DNA of 52,937 bases from Basidioascus undulatus. Taxonomy: Eukaryota. Every line of letters starts with the position of its first letter. The stretch's first letter is position 1. The stretch lies in the NCBI GenBank assembly GCA_000826855.1, contig JTLS01000011.1:1-52937 (forward strand), written 5' to 3'. This document shows positions 23,312-36,161 of the stretch, one piece after another. The notes beneath the pieces were generated by a model, which did no database searches, was not told the origin of the DNA, and saw nothing but the letters and a program-made list of their open reading frames with translations. A program made the position numbers and the translations under genes.

Positions 23312-25184
23312 TTCCGAAGCATTGCAGCGCAGCCCCTCGAACTGCGAGCTCCCGCACATCCTCTAAGCGTTCTCGCTCTGCAGAAATGCGTCCATTTCGT
23401 TCGATGCAAGTGTCTTGCCTCCGTGTGCGAAGCTTCCAACATCTTGGAAAGCGGAAAGCGGCATTTTGCTCAGTCCTCCGCGTCGGGAGGCACAAACTAC
23501 AACTGTGATCGGGCATGCTCGTACCAGTTGCAGTATTGAGAGGTTCATGGGCAGACAGATGCTGCCTTGGAGAGGAGATGTGCGCGAAACACAAATTATA
23601 CAAGAGCAGACGAAACTACATCTAGAAACGGAAGCGGAAGAGTTCAAGGCAGAGTGTAGGGAAACGAAGTGAAGTCAAGCGGTCATAATCCCACGTCATC
23701 CACCGCCATATCTGCAACCGCCTCTTCGCGGACGGTCTGTTGGAGCTCGGATGATCGGACGACGCGGTCGTGAAGGCCATCGTTGACGCGGAAGGTCAAA
23801 AGACCTGTTTCAGTCGACACGATCAAAGCTCAGTCACGTCGAGACAATTTCCAACAAAGCAAGAAGGCCGAAAAGAAAAGGGGGGAGGGAACTCACTTAT
23901 GTAGACGTTGCTATCCGGAATGTCCGCGTCCTTGAGCAGGCTTAGCGACCACGCCGGCACGTCCTGCGGCAAGCTGGGCACGCCCGCCTGGCGCCAAAGG
24001 CCTCATCGAGCACCTCCCCGCTCTCGCGCTCAAGGAGTGCTCGAAGGATAGCAGTAGCGCTGGATTGCGCCGTGCGAACTGCCACACCCAGTGCCTCGCC
24101 GGACGAGACGCAGGATTCTCGCTCGTCATGAACCCAACGAAGCGCTCGAGCAGGCTGACGCTCGCTTCCGCCTCGTTCTGCGGCGCCGTGCGCTGGACGG
24201 CCCATCGTACGGCAGCGCATCGCCCGATGACTCGATGCGGATGGGGACCCGAAGAACAGGATGATTCTCAGACGCCGAGGCTGGAGTTGAGAGCCGGTTG
24301 CAAGAGACCGCGCCCGGTAGCGTAGCCGTGGTCAACAGCGGGCTCTTCAAGTTGGCGGTGTGTTAGGTAGCAATCGCGAGAGGAGCCTTCTAGTAATGTC
24401 CGCTTTGTGAGTCCAGAGATTCCTTGAAAGGCTTAAACATTCGTCAGGCTCGTCACGCTTACCCTCCATAGTGCTGATCTTCGTTGGTGGAAAGCGCGGG
24501 CTAAGTATCAGTAGCAAGACAAGACCTGGAGGTGAGGTAACAGGCCGACCGACTGTCTTGTAAGACCAAGTAAAAGCGAGCATTTTCGGGATCCCACGCA
24601 GTGAAGAAGGAAGGAAAGCAGCACGGAGAGTATAAAGCAAAAAGGAGCAGGATGGATCGAAGTAGACTGGTCCCGCAACAGCCAGCTAGTCAAAATCTGG
24701 AGACACCCACCAGCTTAGAATCAGACTCTGATGCCGCACATTCCCGCACCCAAAGTTCACCGCAGAAGGGAAGATATAAGGATATCAGTGGAAATGTTAC
24801 GTTTTGAATTGTTTCGAAAAGAAACAAGGATGTAGAGTCAGGTAAGGCGGATCAGAGCGTGCAAACCCAAGCAAGTGTTTCCTCGAGCTACAAGTGGGAA
24901 GTTTCTCATAGGGAAGAGGCAGCACATAATTTTATAGGCTCTGACAGTTATGACACCCTGAAGCTGAAGAGATCCCCCGTAAAGTTCACTCTGAGGCTGC
25001 TAGTTGTGACTTGCATGACTGAGCGGCCGACGCCCTTCTTTTTCCACGCGGTCGAGACATGACAGGTAGGCAAGCAAGGACGATGTTAGGAGAAGGAGTA
25101 TGCATTTCGGAAAAAGGGAACGACCGAACAAAGGGTCAGGGTATCGCGTATCGGAAGGAATGCACGGTCGAGCTCGCAGGTCGC

Positions 25185-25490
25185 TCATGCGCCTTGACGC
25201 CGCCGAGGCCGAGGCTGTGAGTCGCTTCGCTCTCCTGTGGAAAGGGACGTCAGTAGCACGGGGAATCCTGGTATGAGGAAGAGTGAGGCGGAAAACGCCG
25301 CCATGTCAGGGCTGTCGGCGAGCTGTCTCGGGGGAAGGATCGAGGAGACACGAGAAACTTTCCTTCGCAACGCGCTCGTTGCCACGACCCTTGCGGAGGA
25401 AGATGCGGGTCGCGCTGGCGTGGGGGGCTTTTTGTCGGCAGCGGCGAAGGCGAGAGTGGCGCCGGCGTCGTCTTGGACTTGGTCGGTGAT
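25185..25490 (-). pseudogene. Inverted, diverged 3' fragment of DMC1 retaining the last two introns
   Basis: The minus strand encodes [22 protein letters not shown]/(frameshifting loss of IGGHVLA)/[28 protein letters not shown]|..SLGLGG..GCATGA. It is colinear with DMC1 ~22945-23311 and has intron-like spacers at the same two positions. Confidence 0.9.
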
Positions 25491-25695
25491 GCTGCCGACC
25501 TTCACATCCCTCTCCCTCTCCTTGGGGGCTGACGCCTGAATACCGAATCTTAATCCAATCTTTTTCCAACTTGCACAGCTTATAATCAAGTTTCAGACCA
25601 CAAGGGATTGCTTGGTAGATTTTGCCTCGCCTTCCTATCTATAGAATATGAGAGGAACTCAGGCGATACACATTGGATGTTGGGGTGCAAGGACA

Positions 25696-28096
25696 TCAGT
25701 ATGACTTCGGAAGCCCGAGAACCCTCTGCGATACATAATTCCTGTATTGCATGCATGAGAAAGCGCTCGACATGGAGAAAGCGGCGAGGACTACTCACAA
25801 GATCATCTCCCTCGAAACGGGTGCGATGCGAGGCACGAACACTTCCCGCAGGTAACGCTAGAAGAGCATACTTGTTAGTATTCTTACGCTTGATCCCTGA
25901 GGTCGTTAACGGGCTTACCTCCACATGATATTCCTGGGCGTACCCCATGCCGCCGTGCGTCATGACGGCCCTCTCGCTGAGTGATGCAGTCGCAAATCAG
26001 CAATGAAGTACCGTCCGGGTGGGAAAATTGGCACGTACCAAGCTCGGAAAGCTGCCTCCGCCGCAAAGTACTTCGCGGCATTGCACCGTGCGCCGAGATC
26101 AGTGTCGCCCGCGCCGAGGCCGGCGGCCATGTTGTCATAAGCCCTTGCGGCTGCGTAGGTGAGCAGCTTGCCAGCTTCAAGGTCAATCCAGGATTGCTTG
26201 TGAGGCACAAGAGATTAGCCGCGATTTTTCCCGTAGGCAGTAGTACTGATCTCAATACTTACAGCCAGCGGATGTTGGATCGCTTGGTTTTGGCCAACTG
26301 TAGTAAGTGCACCCATGGCAGTCGTCAGCTTCTGCCAGGAATATCCTCAAGACCAAAAGCGCACGCACTGGCCCTGTCGAATACCACTCGCTCGGAGGCG
26401 TAACGTGCAGCGCGGCGGAGACCAGCGTAGCCGAGACCTGTGAACAAATGCAGTCAGTACGGCGTGAGTTGCCCAACATTACGGCTCCCTTTGCCCACCG
26501 AGAGCTTCGCCAGCGAGTAAGCACCGTTCCGCGTTCATGCCGTGAAGGATCCTAGGGAAAGATGTCAGTGTGCAGGAGATGTACTATCCGCGCTTCAGAC
26601 GCACTGCTTGAATCCCTTCCCTTCCTCCCCGATCCGATCCTCTACCGGTACTTCGAATCCATCGAAAAAGACCTGCAGCGCACTCAGCCTTTCAGCCGCG
26701 TAACTTCGGAGCGTGATTTGGCCGACACGACGAACCTGGTTCGCGTCCACGGCCCTCCCTCCCATCTTGGCAATGCGCCGCAGCTCGACGCCCTTTCGCG
26801 GCGTCACGCCGTCTGCTTCTTTCAAGTCCGCGAAGAACAGCGAGAGACCCTCGGAAGGCTTCTTGACTTCTGCGAGTGGGGTCGTGCGCGCTAGGAGGAC
26901 CATCTTTTGCGCTACTTGAGCTGACCTGTGGGTTTGAGGACATCCTCAGCAGCTGAAAAATGTAACATTGGCAGTGTAGCGAAGGGGCATACGAGATCCA
27001 GCTGGAGGGAAGGATGCATCGTGAGTCGACAGGGCCCCATAAGGTAGCTCGAGAAGGACCGAGTACCTACATTTTTGCGCCGTTTATGATGTACTTGTCC
27101 CCCTTGCGCTCAGCACGAGTTTGAAGCTTCAAGGTGTCCAACCCGGAGTTCGGCTGTACCCCACGCCACAGGACGTATTAGTTAAATCTCCACAAGCACG
27201 CCGGCTGCAGTCCAGCTGAGAGCGTACCTCCGTTACCCCGAAGCAAGCGCGCTGCTTCCCCTGAATGATCGGCGAGAGCCAGCGGGCCCGCTGATCCTCG
27301 TTCGCAAAGGTCCAGACTGCAAACGACGGGGTCAGATTTAGGAACGAACGTATGCATGGAGGATACGAACCAGGCTGCATGGCGTAGACGTTCGCGTGAA
27401 TGGACTGTGCTCCGGCGATGCCTGCACCAGACTCGGATATGGTTTGAAGCTGTCTTATGACCATGTAAGAAGGCTGCGCTATAGGTAGGAGAAGATGGAA
27501 ACCGTTGAAGGTGCTTACCATGACGGTCGCCTCGCTGATGCCGAGACCTGAGCCGCCGTGCTCTTCGGGCATGCAGACTGGGGTTTCCTTAATCAGTATG
27601 TCCTCGTAATGGATCTAAACCAAAAAAAAAAACGTACTGCCAATCCATCCGCCGTCCGCCAGGTCACGATGGAGATCATGCGGGTAGCTCCCTTCCCTGT
27701 GGTAGGAGGTCCCAGGTCAGATAGGCTCCTGAACATGCACATGCAAGAACTAACTGGTCTTTCTTGGCCCAGTATTCGTCCGGATATTTCTTACAGATCT
27801 CCTGAATAACTGACCGACAAATGATTGTTAGCCCGATGCAAAAACAAACAGAGGCCAAGGCCACGTTTGCACACCTTGTCGCACTTCGATTTGCGATTCC
27901 GTAAGTCCGTCCAAAGACATTCCACTGAACCTGTTCTCAACCGTATGATGAGCATCAAGGCCAAAGACGCGGATTCTGGAGGCAGTGTTACGCACTCTGA
28001 CGGGCGCACTTTCACCCGGCGCGACGCCGAAGACGCAAACGAGCGCGTCAAACCGCGCGGTGCAGCGTGGGCCAGGCGACTGAAACGTGCGAGCAT
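25696..28096 (-). CDS. Mitochondrial acyl-CoA dehydrogenase
   Basis: Presequence MLARFSRLAHAAPRGLTRSF. Motifs MPEEHGGSGLG, GAQSIHANVY, FGVTEPNSGLD, INGAKIWIS, IAKMGGRAV, IGEEGKGF, LHGMNAER, YHSLGG-antisense region encoding ERVVFDRPV, HGGMGYAQEYHVERYLRE, and MILNYVSQRVLGLPKSY*. Includes a 9-nt exon (26993-27001). Confidence 0.92.
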
Positions 28097-28483
28097 GTTC
28101 GACTTGATCTCTCTGGGTGTATCGGGATGATGGAGGAGTATGAAGAAGAAGGAGCTACTTGTTGAGGGTCCGGCCAACTGCGTCGTCGGCCCGGGACGTG
28201 TGGAGGGGGTTGCCGCTCCGCTCACGTGTAGTGTGCTGGACACCCGTTTTATGCCTCATGACCATCGTCGTTGAAAAAAAAATCATGTTATGGACAGTGG
28301 ACCGAAAATACGTTTCAAGCATGGGCCAGCAACGTGAAAACTGTGCATGTGATGGGAAGCGAGACGGCGGACGACGGAAGCTGCAAATGCTTATACAGCA
28401 TTTCCCAACAAACTTAAGGCAGGCTCCGCTCCATCTTCCTTGTCGAAGTTCGCCGCACACGCTCATAGCCAACATTGCACACC

Positions 28484-31400
28484 ATGGCCGGCACCAAACG
28501 AAAGGCCACCTCTCAGGCACAGAAGTCTTCAAAGGTACGTGGGCACATGGGAAAGTTACGCGGCGGTGTGTCGCTCACTCTCCGTCCGTGAACAGCGCGC
28601 AGCTCGGTCGCCTTCCTCCTCGGAGAACGAGGCGTTTCAGAGCGACGATGGCGAGGACTTGCTCGCCCGGGCCCAGTCCATGATGGACGATATTGATGGG
28701 GACAACGATGATGACTCGGAGGACGACGAGATCGAGGCCGCTTCCGATGAGGAAGGCAAGGGCTTCGAGGATCTCGAGGCGGACGGCGGCGAGGACGAGG
28801 ATGTGGAGATGGACGGAGGGGAGGGCAGCGACGCGCGGCCACGGCGAAAGCATCAGGGCCTGTACAAGGCACCGACGATGGAGGAGGTTCAGGCGCTGAA
28901 GGAGACGGGCGAGCTGTTCAAATCGAACGTGTTCAAGATGCAGGTGCGTCCCTTCCTTCGCAGCCAATGACTGCACTCCCCCTCTGATTATTTCTTCCAC
29001 GCCTCAAGATCGACGCTCTCCTCGAGCAAACTGCACCGCCGCCTCCCCCTCCCGCCCTCGCGTCCGCCCTTCACTCTCTCCGCGCACACCTCCTCGCCCT
29101 TCCGACCGTCAAGCCCCTCCCGCCGGCCACAGCGCGCAAGAAGGCCGGCTTCGCATTTCCGTACCCCGACCCGCCCAAGGACGTCCAGTGGAAGCTGGCG
29201 TTTGACAATCCGAAGGACGTTCAGGTTGTGGGCAGCTGGGCTTTGCGGACGGGTGTGAAGAAGAAGGGCGAGGCCAAGGGCTGGGAGGTCGGCGTCGGCG
29301 TTGTCATGCCGGAGGTGCGTTCTCCTGGCATTTTGAAGAGCATGCGGAGGCTGGCTAAACCGATTGCGCGGAATTATAGGAGCTGTTCCAGGAGAAGGAC
29401 TACCAGAACGACCGCTTCTTCCAGAAGCAGGCGTACTACCTCTCCGTCATCGCTGCATCCATCAACAAGTCCAAGGCGCTCGGGCTGTCCGTTTCCGCCC
29501 ACCTGCGCAATGACGACGCTCGACTCCCTTCGCTCCTCCTCACCTCTCGCAAAGGTACCTCTTACGCAGCGCCTTTTCTATGCATTCCACGCTAACAGTC
29601 CCATTCATTCCAGACTCCGCAAACCCCCTCCCGTCCTCCCTGCACATCCACCTTCTTCCCCTCCTCTCTACGCATTCTCCGCTCCGCCCTACTCAAAAGC
29701 TCTCTCCCGCGCGCCTCTCCCCCCTCACCTCCCACGCGCTCATCCTGCCCTCGCTCATCCTCCCGCACCTCGTGCACCTCCACGCGCTCGCCGAGTCCTC
29801 GCCCGCCTTCCGCGAGGCCGTCCGCCTCGTCAAGATCTGGGCGACGCAGCGCGGCCTGCCATGGATCGCGGAGGAGGGCGCGGAGTGGGTCATATGCGCG
29901 CTGGTGGGCGGGGAGGAGCCGGTCGGGAACGGCAAGCCGCGTGGACGGCTGGGGAGGGGCCTGAGTTACTACCAGGTGTTCCGTGGAGCGATCGACTTCC
30001 TCGGTATGTCCGCATTTAGGTATTCGGTTGCTGGAGCCTCTCAGCTGACGCTCGGTGGCATCTTCCAGCCAAGCACGACTTCACCGCTGAACCGGTTTTC
30101 ATGAAGCTCATCCCCTGCAGCCGCCCCGTAAGTGGTTCTCTCTCGAAGTTGCCGAGAGCTTCGCTTACGCTGCGTTGCTGGCGCCTCAGCTTCCTCGTGA
30201 AGACTTCACTTCCACGTCCAGCGGCGTGCTGGTCGACCCGACGGGAACGCTGAACGTTGTGGCGCACGTCATTCCGGAGGATCTCGAGCTTGTGCGTACC
30301 TGGTCGATTGCGACTATCTCGCCCGTACTGATATGTTCCCTCTATGTGCAGATTCGGCATGAGGCGGCGGTTACGCTCAAGCTGCTTGACGACACTCAAG
30401 ACCGCTTTGACGACACGCTGCTCCGCAACCTGCGCGAACCTACCGTCAAGTTCGATTTGACGGCCCGGTACGCTCAATAAAGGTCTTGTGTGATCGTGAT
30501 CGCGCAATGCTCACAGTACCTCGTTCGAGCAGCGTCGACATACCCTCATTCTTGCTTTCGCAGTCTAGCGAAGGCTCGGACGCTGCGTCTTCCCACTCCG
30601 ACCTCCGCATCCGACTGTCCTCTGTTCTCCGCCGCGCCCTCGGCAACCGCGCACGTGCCATTTCCCTCACCCTCCCCCGCGACTCCACCACTGCCGTGCT
30701 CGGTATCGTCCTCGACCCCGCGCACACCGCACGCCTCGTCGATCACGGCCCGCCCGCCGAGGACAAGGAGGGTGGCGAGGTATTCCGCAAGTTCTGGGGC
30801 GCCAAGTCCGAGCTGCGTCGTTTCAAGGACGGCCGGATCACTGAGAGCGTCGTTTGGGACGCAGGCTTGACTGCGGGCTGGGAGAGCCGCGGCCTCGTGC
30901 CCGTCCACGTCGTTCGCTGGATCCTGCGCCAGCACTTCGGCATCGCGGACGTCGAGTTCGTCGCTGAGGACTTCGCGGGCGTTCTCGCGCGACCAAGCGT
31001 CCAGGGCGTCCCGCGCCAGGCGGATTTCTCGGCGGCGCTGCGAGCGTATGATGAGCTCCAGAAAGCCCTGCGCGACATGGAGGGCCTCCCGCTTTCCGTG
31101 CTCAACGTCTCTCCCGCCTCCCCCCTCCTCCGCTACACCTCCGCGTTCCCGCCTTCCCCTGTCGACCCGTCCGCCTTCGGCACCATCCCCGACGCCGCCA
31201 AGTACATTCCCGTCGCGGACATCGTTCTGCAGTTCGAGTCTTCCGGGCGGTGGCCCGACGACCTGCTCGCGATCCAGCGCATGAAGCTCGCCTTCCTCGA
31301 GGCGACCGCGCGACAAGTCATGGACGCGCTGCCCGGCACGCGTGCACAGGTCGTGCTCGACTGGCCGGTCTCGAACGAGATGGCCGACCGGTGCGCGCTG

Positions 31401-32748
31401 GAGCTCGTGACCGGGGACGGGTACGCATTCCGCGCGCGCATCCACCACGACCGCGAGCGCGTTCTCCTGGAGCGCATCATCGCCGACAAGAAGAACCAGC
31501 TCGAGTCGCACCGGAAACAAGCGCAGCTCGCGCACGATATCCACCTCACGTCCTTCAACCGCCGCCCGAGGCACCACGCCGCGATCGCTACCGTGCACCA
31601 CCTCTACCCGTCCTTCTCGCACACCGTCCGCCTCGTCCAGCGCTGGTTCGCGGCGCACCTGCTCAGCCCGCACGTCGCGCCCGAGCTTGTCGAGCTCCTC
31701 GTAGCGTACGTCTACCTCGACCCCGGCGCGTTCCAACCGCCGGTCAGCGGCGCGACGGGCTTCGCGCGTACAGTCCTGCTTCTCGCGCGCTGGAAGTGGC
31801 GCACCGAGCCCCTGCTTGTCCCCCTGTTCTCCGCCGCAGCACAGGAGGAGGCGGGCCGCGTTGCGTTCCCGCTGGACAAGCGCGAGAGGGCCGAGAAGGC
31901 GTTCGAGAAGCTTCGCTCGGCAGACCCCGCCATGAACCAAGCCACCATGGTCATCGCGACAGAGGCGGACACGGCCGGGCGCTGGTGGGCAGGCGGGAAG
32001 CCGAGCAGGCTCGTCGCCGCTCGCATCACCCAGCTCGCCAGGGCAACGTATGCAGCGCTGGAGTCGGGCGCGGTTGATGGCTCGCTGGACGTCATGGTGC
32101 GCTTTTACGTCTCGTTTACTGTGTAGGCTGCAGCTGAACATGACGGTCGGCACGCTGCAGTCCCTGTACAAGACGCCGCTTACCGACTACGACTTCCTCA
32201 TCAACCTCAACCCCGCCGTTCTCACCCGCCACGTCGACGCACTCTTCGCGGACGAGTCCGTCCTCGCCAGCAAGACCGTGTTCAAGAACCTTCCCGCCTC
32301 AGCTGAGAATTCGGTATACGGCGATGAGGTCCGGGTGGACTTCGACCCTGCCAGCGAGCTGCTCCGCGACCTGGAGGTGCGCAGCGTGCCTTTCGCTACG
32401 CTGCTTGTCCAAGTGCTTCGACTGACAGTGCATCCTACAGCGTATCCACGGTGATTCAGCCGTGTTCTTCCACGACCGTCTCGGCGGGGCTGTCATCGCA
32501 GGGCTTTGGAACCCGGCCCTTCGCGAGGGCAGGAGGTGGAAGGTCAACCTCGGCTTTTCAAGCATGCCCTCAAACAAGGGCGACCAGGAATTGGTAAGTT
32601 GCAGCGAAGGCCTGCAAACGTTCGAGTGGCTGATGGTCTGCTTCTCCGCCAGGGCGCCACGGTCGAACTCAACACGGGGGCTGTGTTGAACGAGATTGAG
32701 CGGATGGGGGAGGGGCTGGTCGCTGGGGTGGAGCGGCTGAAGCAATAG
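28484..32748 (+). CDS. UTP22: U3 snoRNP / 90S pre-ribosome protein Utp22 (Nrap/NOL6)
   Basis: Acidic N-terminus. Motifs ELFKSNVFKMQIDALL, VVGSWAL, LFQEKDYQNDRFFQKQAYYL, FRKFWGAKSELRRFKDGRITESVVW, QFESSGRWPDDL, TVRLVQRWFAAHLL, YDFLINL, IAGLWNP and EIERMGEGLV. Stop TAG 32746-32748. Confidence 0.96.
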
Positions 32749-33726
32749 AGAATACAGCTGGCTGTTTTAGGAACTCCCCTCTGTCTGCCTTTTGAGGGTT
32801 GGTCTGAAGGTTGGTCGACTTTGACGGCACTGCAAGTGACTGCCGGCGTCTCGCCCTCTCGGGTCCCCGTCGACTCGGCTGTGCATTTGCCCGCGCCTTG
32901 GCAAGATAGGCGTGCCAGTCACTTTTTCGGGGTGACCTACTGGCCGAGGGCTTTTGTCGGTGAGTCTTCTACTGCCCCCGCTGTTGTATCGGTCCTGATC
33001 GCGTAGAACCTGGCGGGGTAGAGAGCGTTCTTCGCTACTACCGCTCTTTTTCGACGATTTGCACACGGAGCGAATTTCCCGCCCAGCCAGAAGGCTTCCA
33101 CCTGATCGTCGCCACCCTGAAGTTCTCTCTCTTCGGCATTCCTTTTCCTTGCGCGATCTGCGCTCGCCCGCTGTCGACGCTGCCCGGCTCGCGCGTGCGC
33201 CGACCACTCTTACGTGCTCCCCGAATGCTTACGAGCTCAGCTCGGACACGAGTGCAATATATTCAATATTCCTCTCCTTTCCTTCGTGGATGGCTGCTGA
33301 CGCTGCGCGGACAGCTGCAGTGGCGCCGAGCGCATCGTCAACGTCATCATGGACCAGCGGTCCGATCTTACGCCCGATGCTGTCCGCGATATGCTCGAGG
33401 CGTACCTCGCTCCAGACCGCGATGCGCCCATGGACCCGCACCTCGCCATTCACGGCACTGTAGACCGCTACGCGAAGTCTCATGCACCCGGGTGCGACTA
33501 AGCTACTGCATACAGTTTCATGAATACACTAACAGCTTCCTCGCATGAAAATTCTGCCGCAAAGTGGAGTCCTCTAAGAGTCTACTGCAAATGAAGGCAC
33601 GTTGACAGGGCGACACCTTTTTAAACCCCGCAGCACCGCCGCAGCCCCGTAATATTCAACCTCGATCGCGCGTCGCGTCTCGAGGTCGAATCCGCCTTCT
33701 CTTCATGCCATCATCTCGAACCAACG

Positions 33727-36161
33727 ATGCAGCTGACGATACCCCTCTTCCATTCCTCGGGCTACACGCCACTCGGTCGGCAACCGGCGTTTCGCGACCG
33801 CTTCTCGCTGAGGCGGCTGGCTGGGTTGGTGGTCGCGACGCTCTGCGCAGCCGGAGCGCTCTTGTGGTGGATAGACATCCGATGGTCGGATGAGATTAGC
33901 TTTACTGGCGAGAACCAATTTGACCAAGACCTGAGAGCTCTGGTCGAGGGCACAACGGGGTACTTTGTCCGAGATTGGAGGTGCGTGCTGCCTGCCGCTG
34001 CTTGTCAAAAGAATGCTAATGCTTCACGTCCTCACAGTCTTTGGCGTGAGAAGACGAGGCTTTCTCCATCGTTTCAAATATCCGCTGACCTAATATCATG
34101 CAGTCGGGTGGAACAACCTCCGGTGAGACGTCCTCAGCTCCACCCAGCTCGCGGGTGCCGTGCTGAGCTCACGATGCACCCAGATACATCATCGAGAATG
34201 CTCTCCTGCATGCCCAACTACTGAACAGGACACTCGTGCTGCCTGCTTATATCTATGCTCGGACGTGTCTTGTCGATCAGTACGCTGCAGCCGTCTTGAC
34301 ACGTTTTCGGAGTCGGCTGACACAGTCCTCAAGATCTGTTTGTGCCTCCGTAGGCCAGCAGGTCGATCGCCGGACTTACATCGGTACGCAGTATGTTTTC
34401 AATTTTCATTAAGGCCCTGACATTTTCATCAGGAACTGGAGTCGACGATAACCTCAGCGAGGAAGAACGGCAAGGCTGGATCCTGCCGTTGCAGGTGGGG
34501 CGGTGTCGCTACAGCAGTCTACCCCGTATGCTGATAATCGCTTGCATTTCTACAGATGATGCTCGACGTCCCGCATCTTCGAAGGACATACGGGCCTGTG
34601 GTGACTTTTGCCGAGTTCCTGTACCTTACCGGGCAAGACCCGTCCCAAACGGGACAACGCAACGGCACGTGGGACGTCTTGCACAACGGGGATTTGACTT
34701 ACGGCCCCATCGAGGAGGGGTTGAGTGTTCGGAAGAGCCTGCTGGTTCCATGCCATCCTGACCAGGACTATTTAAAATCAGATCTTTCGACTCGCCGTCT
34801 TACGTCCGGGTCGACGAGCTCCCCTCTGCTCCTTCTTCCGATCGAGATGCCCCGCTTCCCTCCGACTTCCTGCGTCCCGGAGACGTCGCGGGCGCTTTCA
34901 ATTTTAACTCCCTCGTCGCAGACCTCAGTCACGTCCGACGCCGGGTGTACGCCGGACGGGGCCTCGACCTCGGGGACGATCCGAATGAGCTGCTGGCGTC
35001 GGTCGGTTATCGCGTGGTTCACACCTTCGAGTGAGTGGCATGTTTTACCTTCTTTAAGTGCCCAGGAAGGGGTGCTGAAGCGTTAGTGACGTGCAGCCCA
35101 GCGGACTGGGTCGTGAAGACCCCTCTGCGTCCTGTAGCTCAGGTCGCGTCCGAGTCCGTACTTCGAGGACTGCGAGAAGATTTCGGAGCTCAGACGGAAC
35201 AGATCTTGCACTTACAGGTCTGTCTTCTCGGTTTGGTCTGTGTGTCCTTGATTTAAGCTGACCTCCACGACCGTTGCGTCGCACTGTAGGGCGAGAATCA
35301 CAACGACCGCCCTCCGGCAGCGCTGCGCTTCACCTCTTCCGAAAAAATATCCGCGTTCGCGTCGCTTGTTCTTCGTGATGTCAGACCGCCGCCGGTCTAC
35401 TTCGCCATTGCGGGACGCGTCGACCACCGCATGCGCGTGCGCACTGGCGGACGAGCTTGGATGGCAGCGCATGCTCGAAGAGGGGACTTTGTCAAGGTGA
35501 GTAGTCGATGTCTCGTCCTTCAAAGGCATCAAAACCTGACTCTCCAAGTTTAGCTCGGTTGGTCAGGCGCAGACGCGGTGCGTACCACCGGTGACGCCCA
35601 GCCTGTGTTCGCCGTGCTGAGAATATGAGTTGCCAGGACGTCCAGGAGCAGTTGAAGCACATCACCTCCAAGCTCAAGATCGGTCGGGAAACTCTCGCCG
35701 CGGAACCTCCTCTGCTGCAGCGCGCTGGGCATGAACAGCCGGAGGCATTGTCAGTTCCTCAGCTGGGTGACCCGTGCGTGTTTCCAGTTCTACGCCTCCA
35801 CTGCTCTGGGCTGAGCAGTTGAAGCAGCTTCTTCCTCGCCACCGACGAGCGCGACCCGGACGCACGGGACATTCTCCGGCGCGGCGGGGGCGTTCTCTTG
35901 CAAGATCTGCTCGAAGGGGAGGATCTGCGAGATCTTGGTGCCGCTGCGCATTTGGGCGACACGATGTCGGTGCTCGCTCAGGCTGTCATAGCCCGAGCCG
36001 CGTTCTTTTACGGGAACGTACGTTTTGGACAATTGTTCTTTTTTACATGCCAGAAGTCTGACGAGCAAATTAGCCTACAGATGCACTCGTCCGTGTCTGG
36101 GGGTGCGCAGAACATGAGGGCGGCGGCGGGGTGGGATTCGAGATGTAGTTTGTTGGACTGA
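33727..36161 (+). CDS. Type II membrane O-fucosyltransferase-like (GT-B) protein
   Basis: N-terminal TM (LAGLVVATLCAAGALLWWI). Spliced RDWSLWLGWNNLRYIIENALLHAQLLNRTLVLPAYIYAR, AAHARRGDF, FFLATDE and FFYGNMHSSV resemble O-FucT-type motifs. Uses 8-nt and 19-nt exons. Stop TGA 36159-36161. Confidence 0.75.

Noticed and set aside
28270..28285. RRPE/PAC-like motifs upstream of UTP22 (TGAAAAAAAAAT) and YTM1 (TGAAATTCA, GCGATGCG near 36700-36728)
   Set aside because: Only partial matches to the yeast consensus and plausible by chance.
30546..32171. 541-aa antisense ORF, and similar long antisense ORFs (645-1841, 40918-41577)
   Set aside because: Shadow ORFs of GC3-rich coding exons (UTP22, gene 1, MCM4), with no independent motifs.
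32900..33500. Two intron-like segments and coding-like sequence downstream of UTP22
   Set aside because: No start codon or recognisable family. At most a gene relic.
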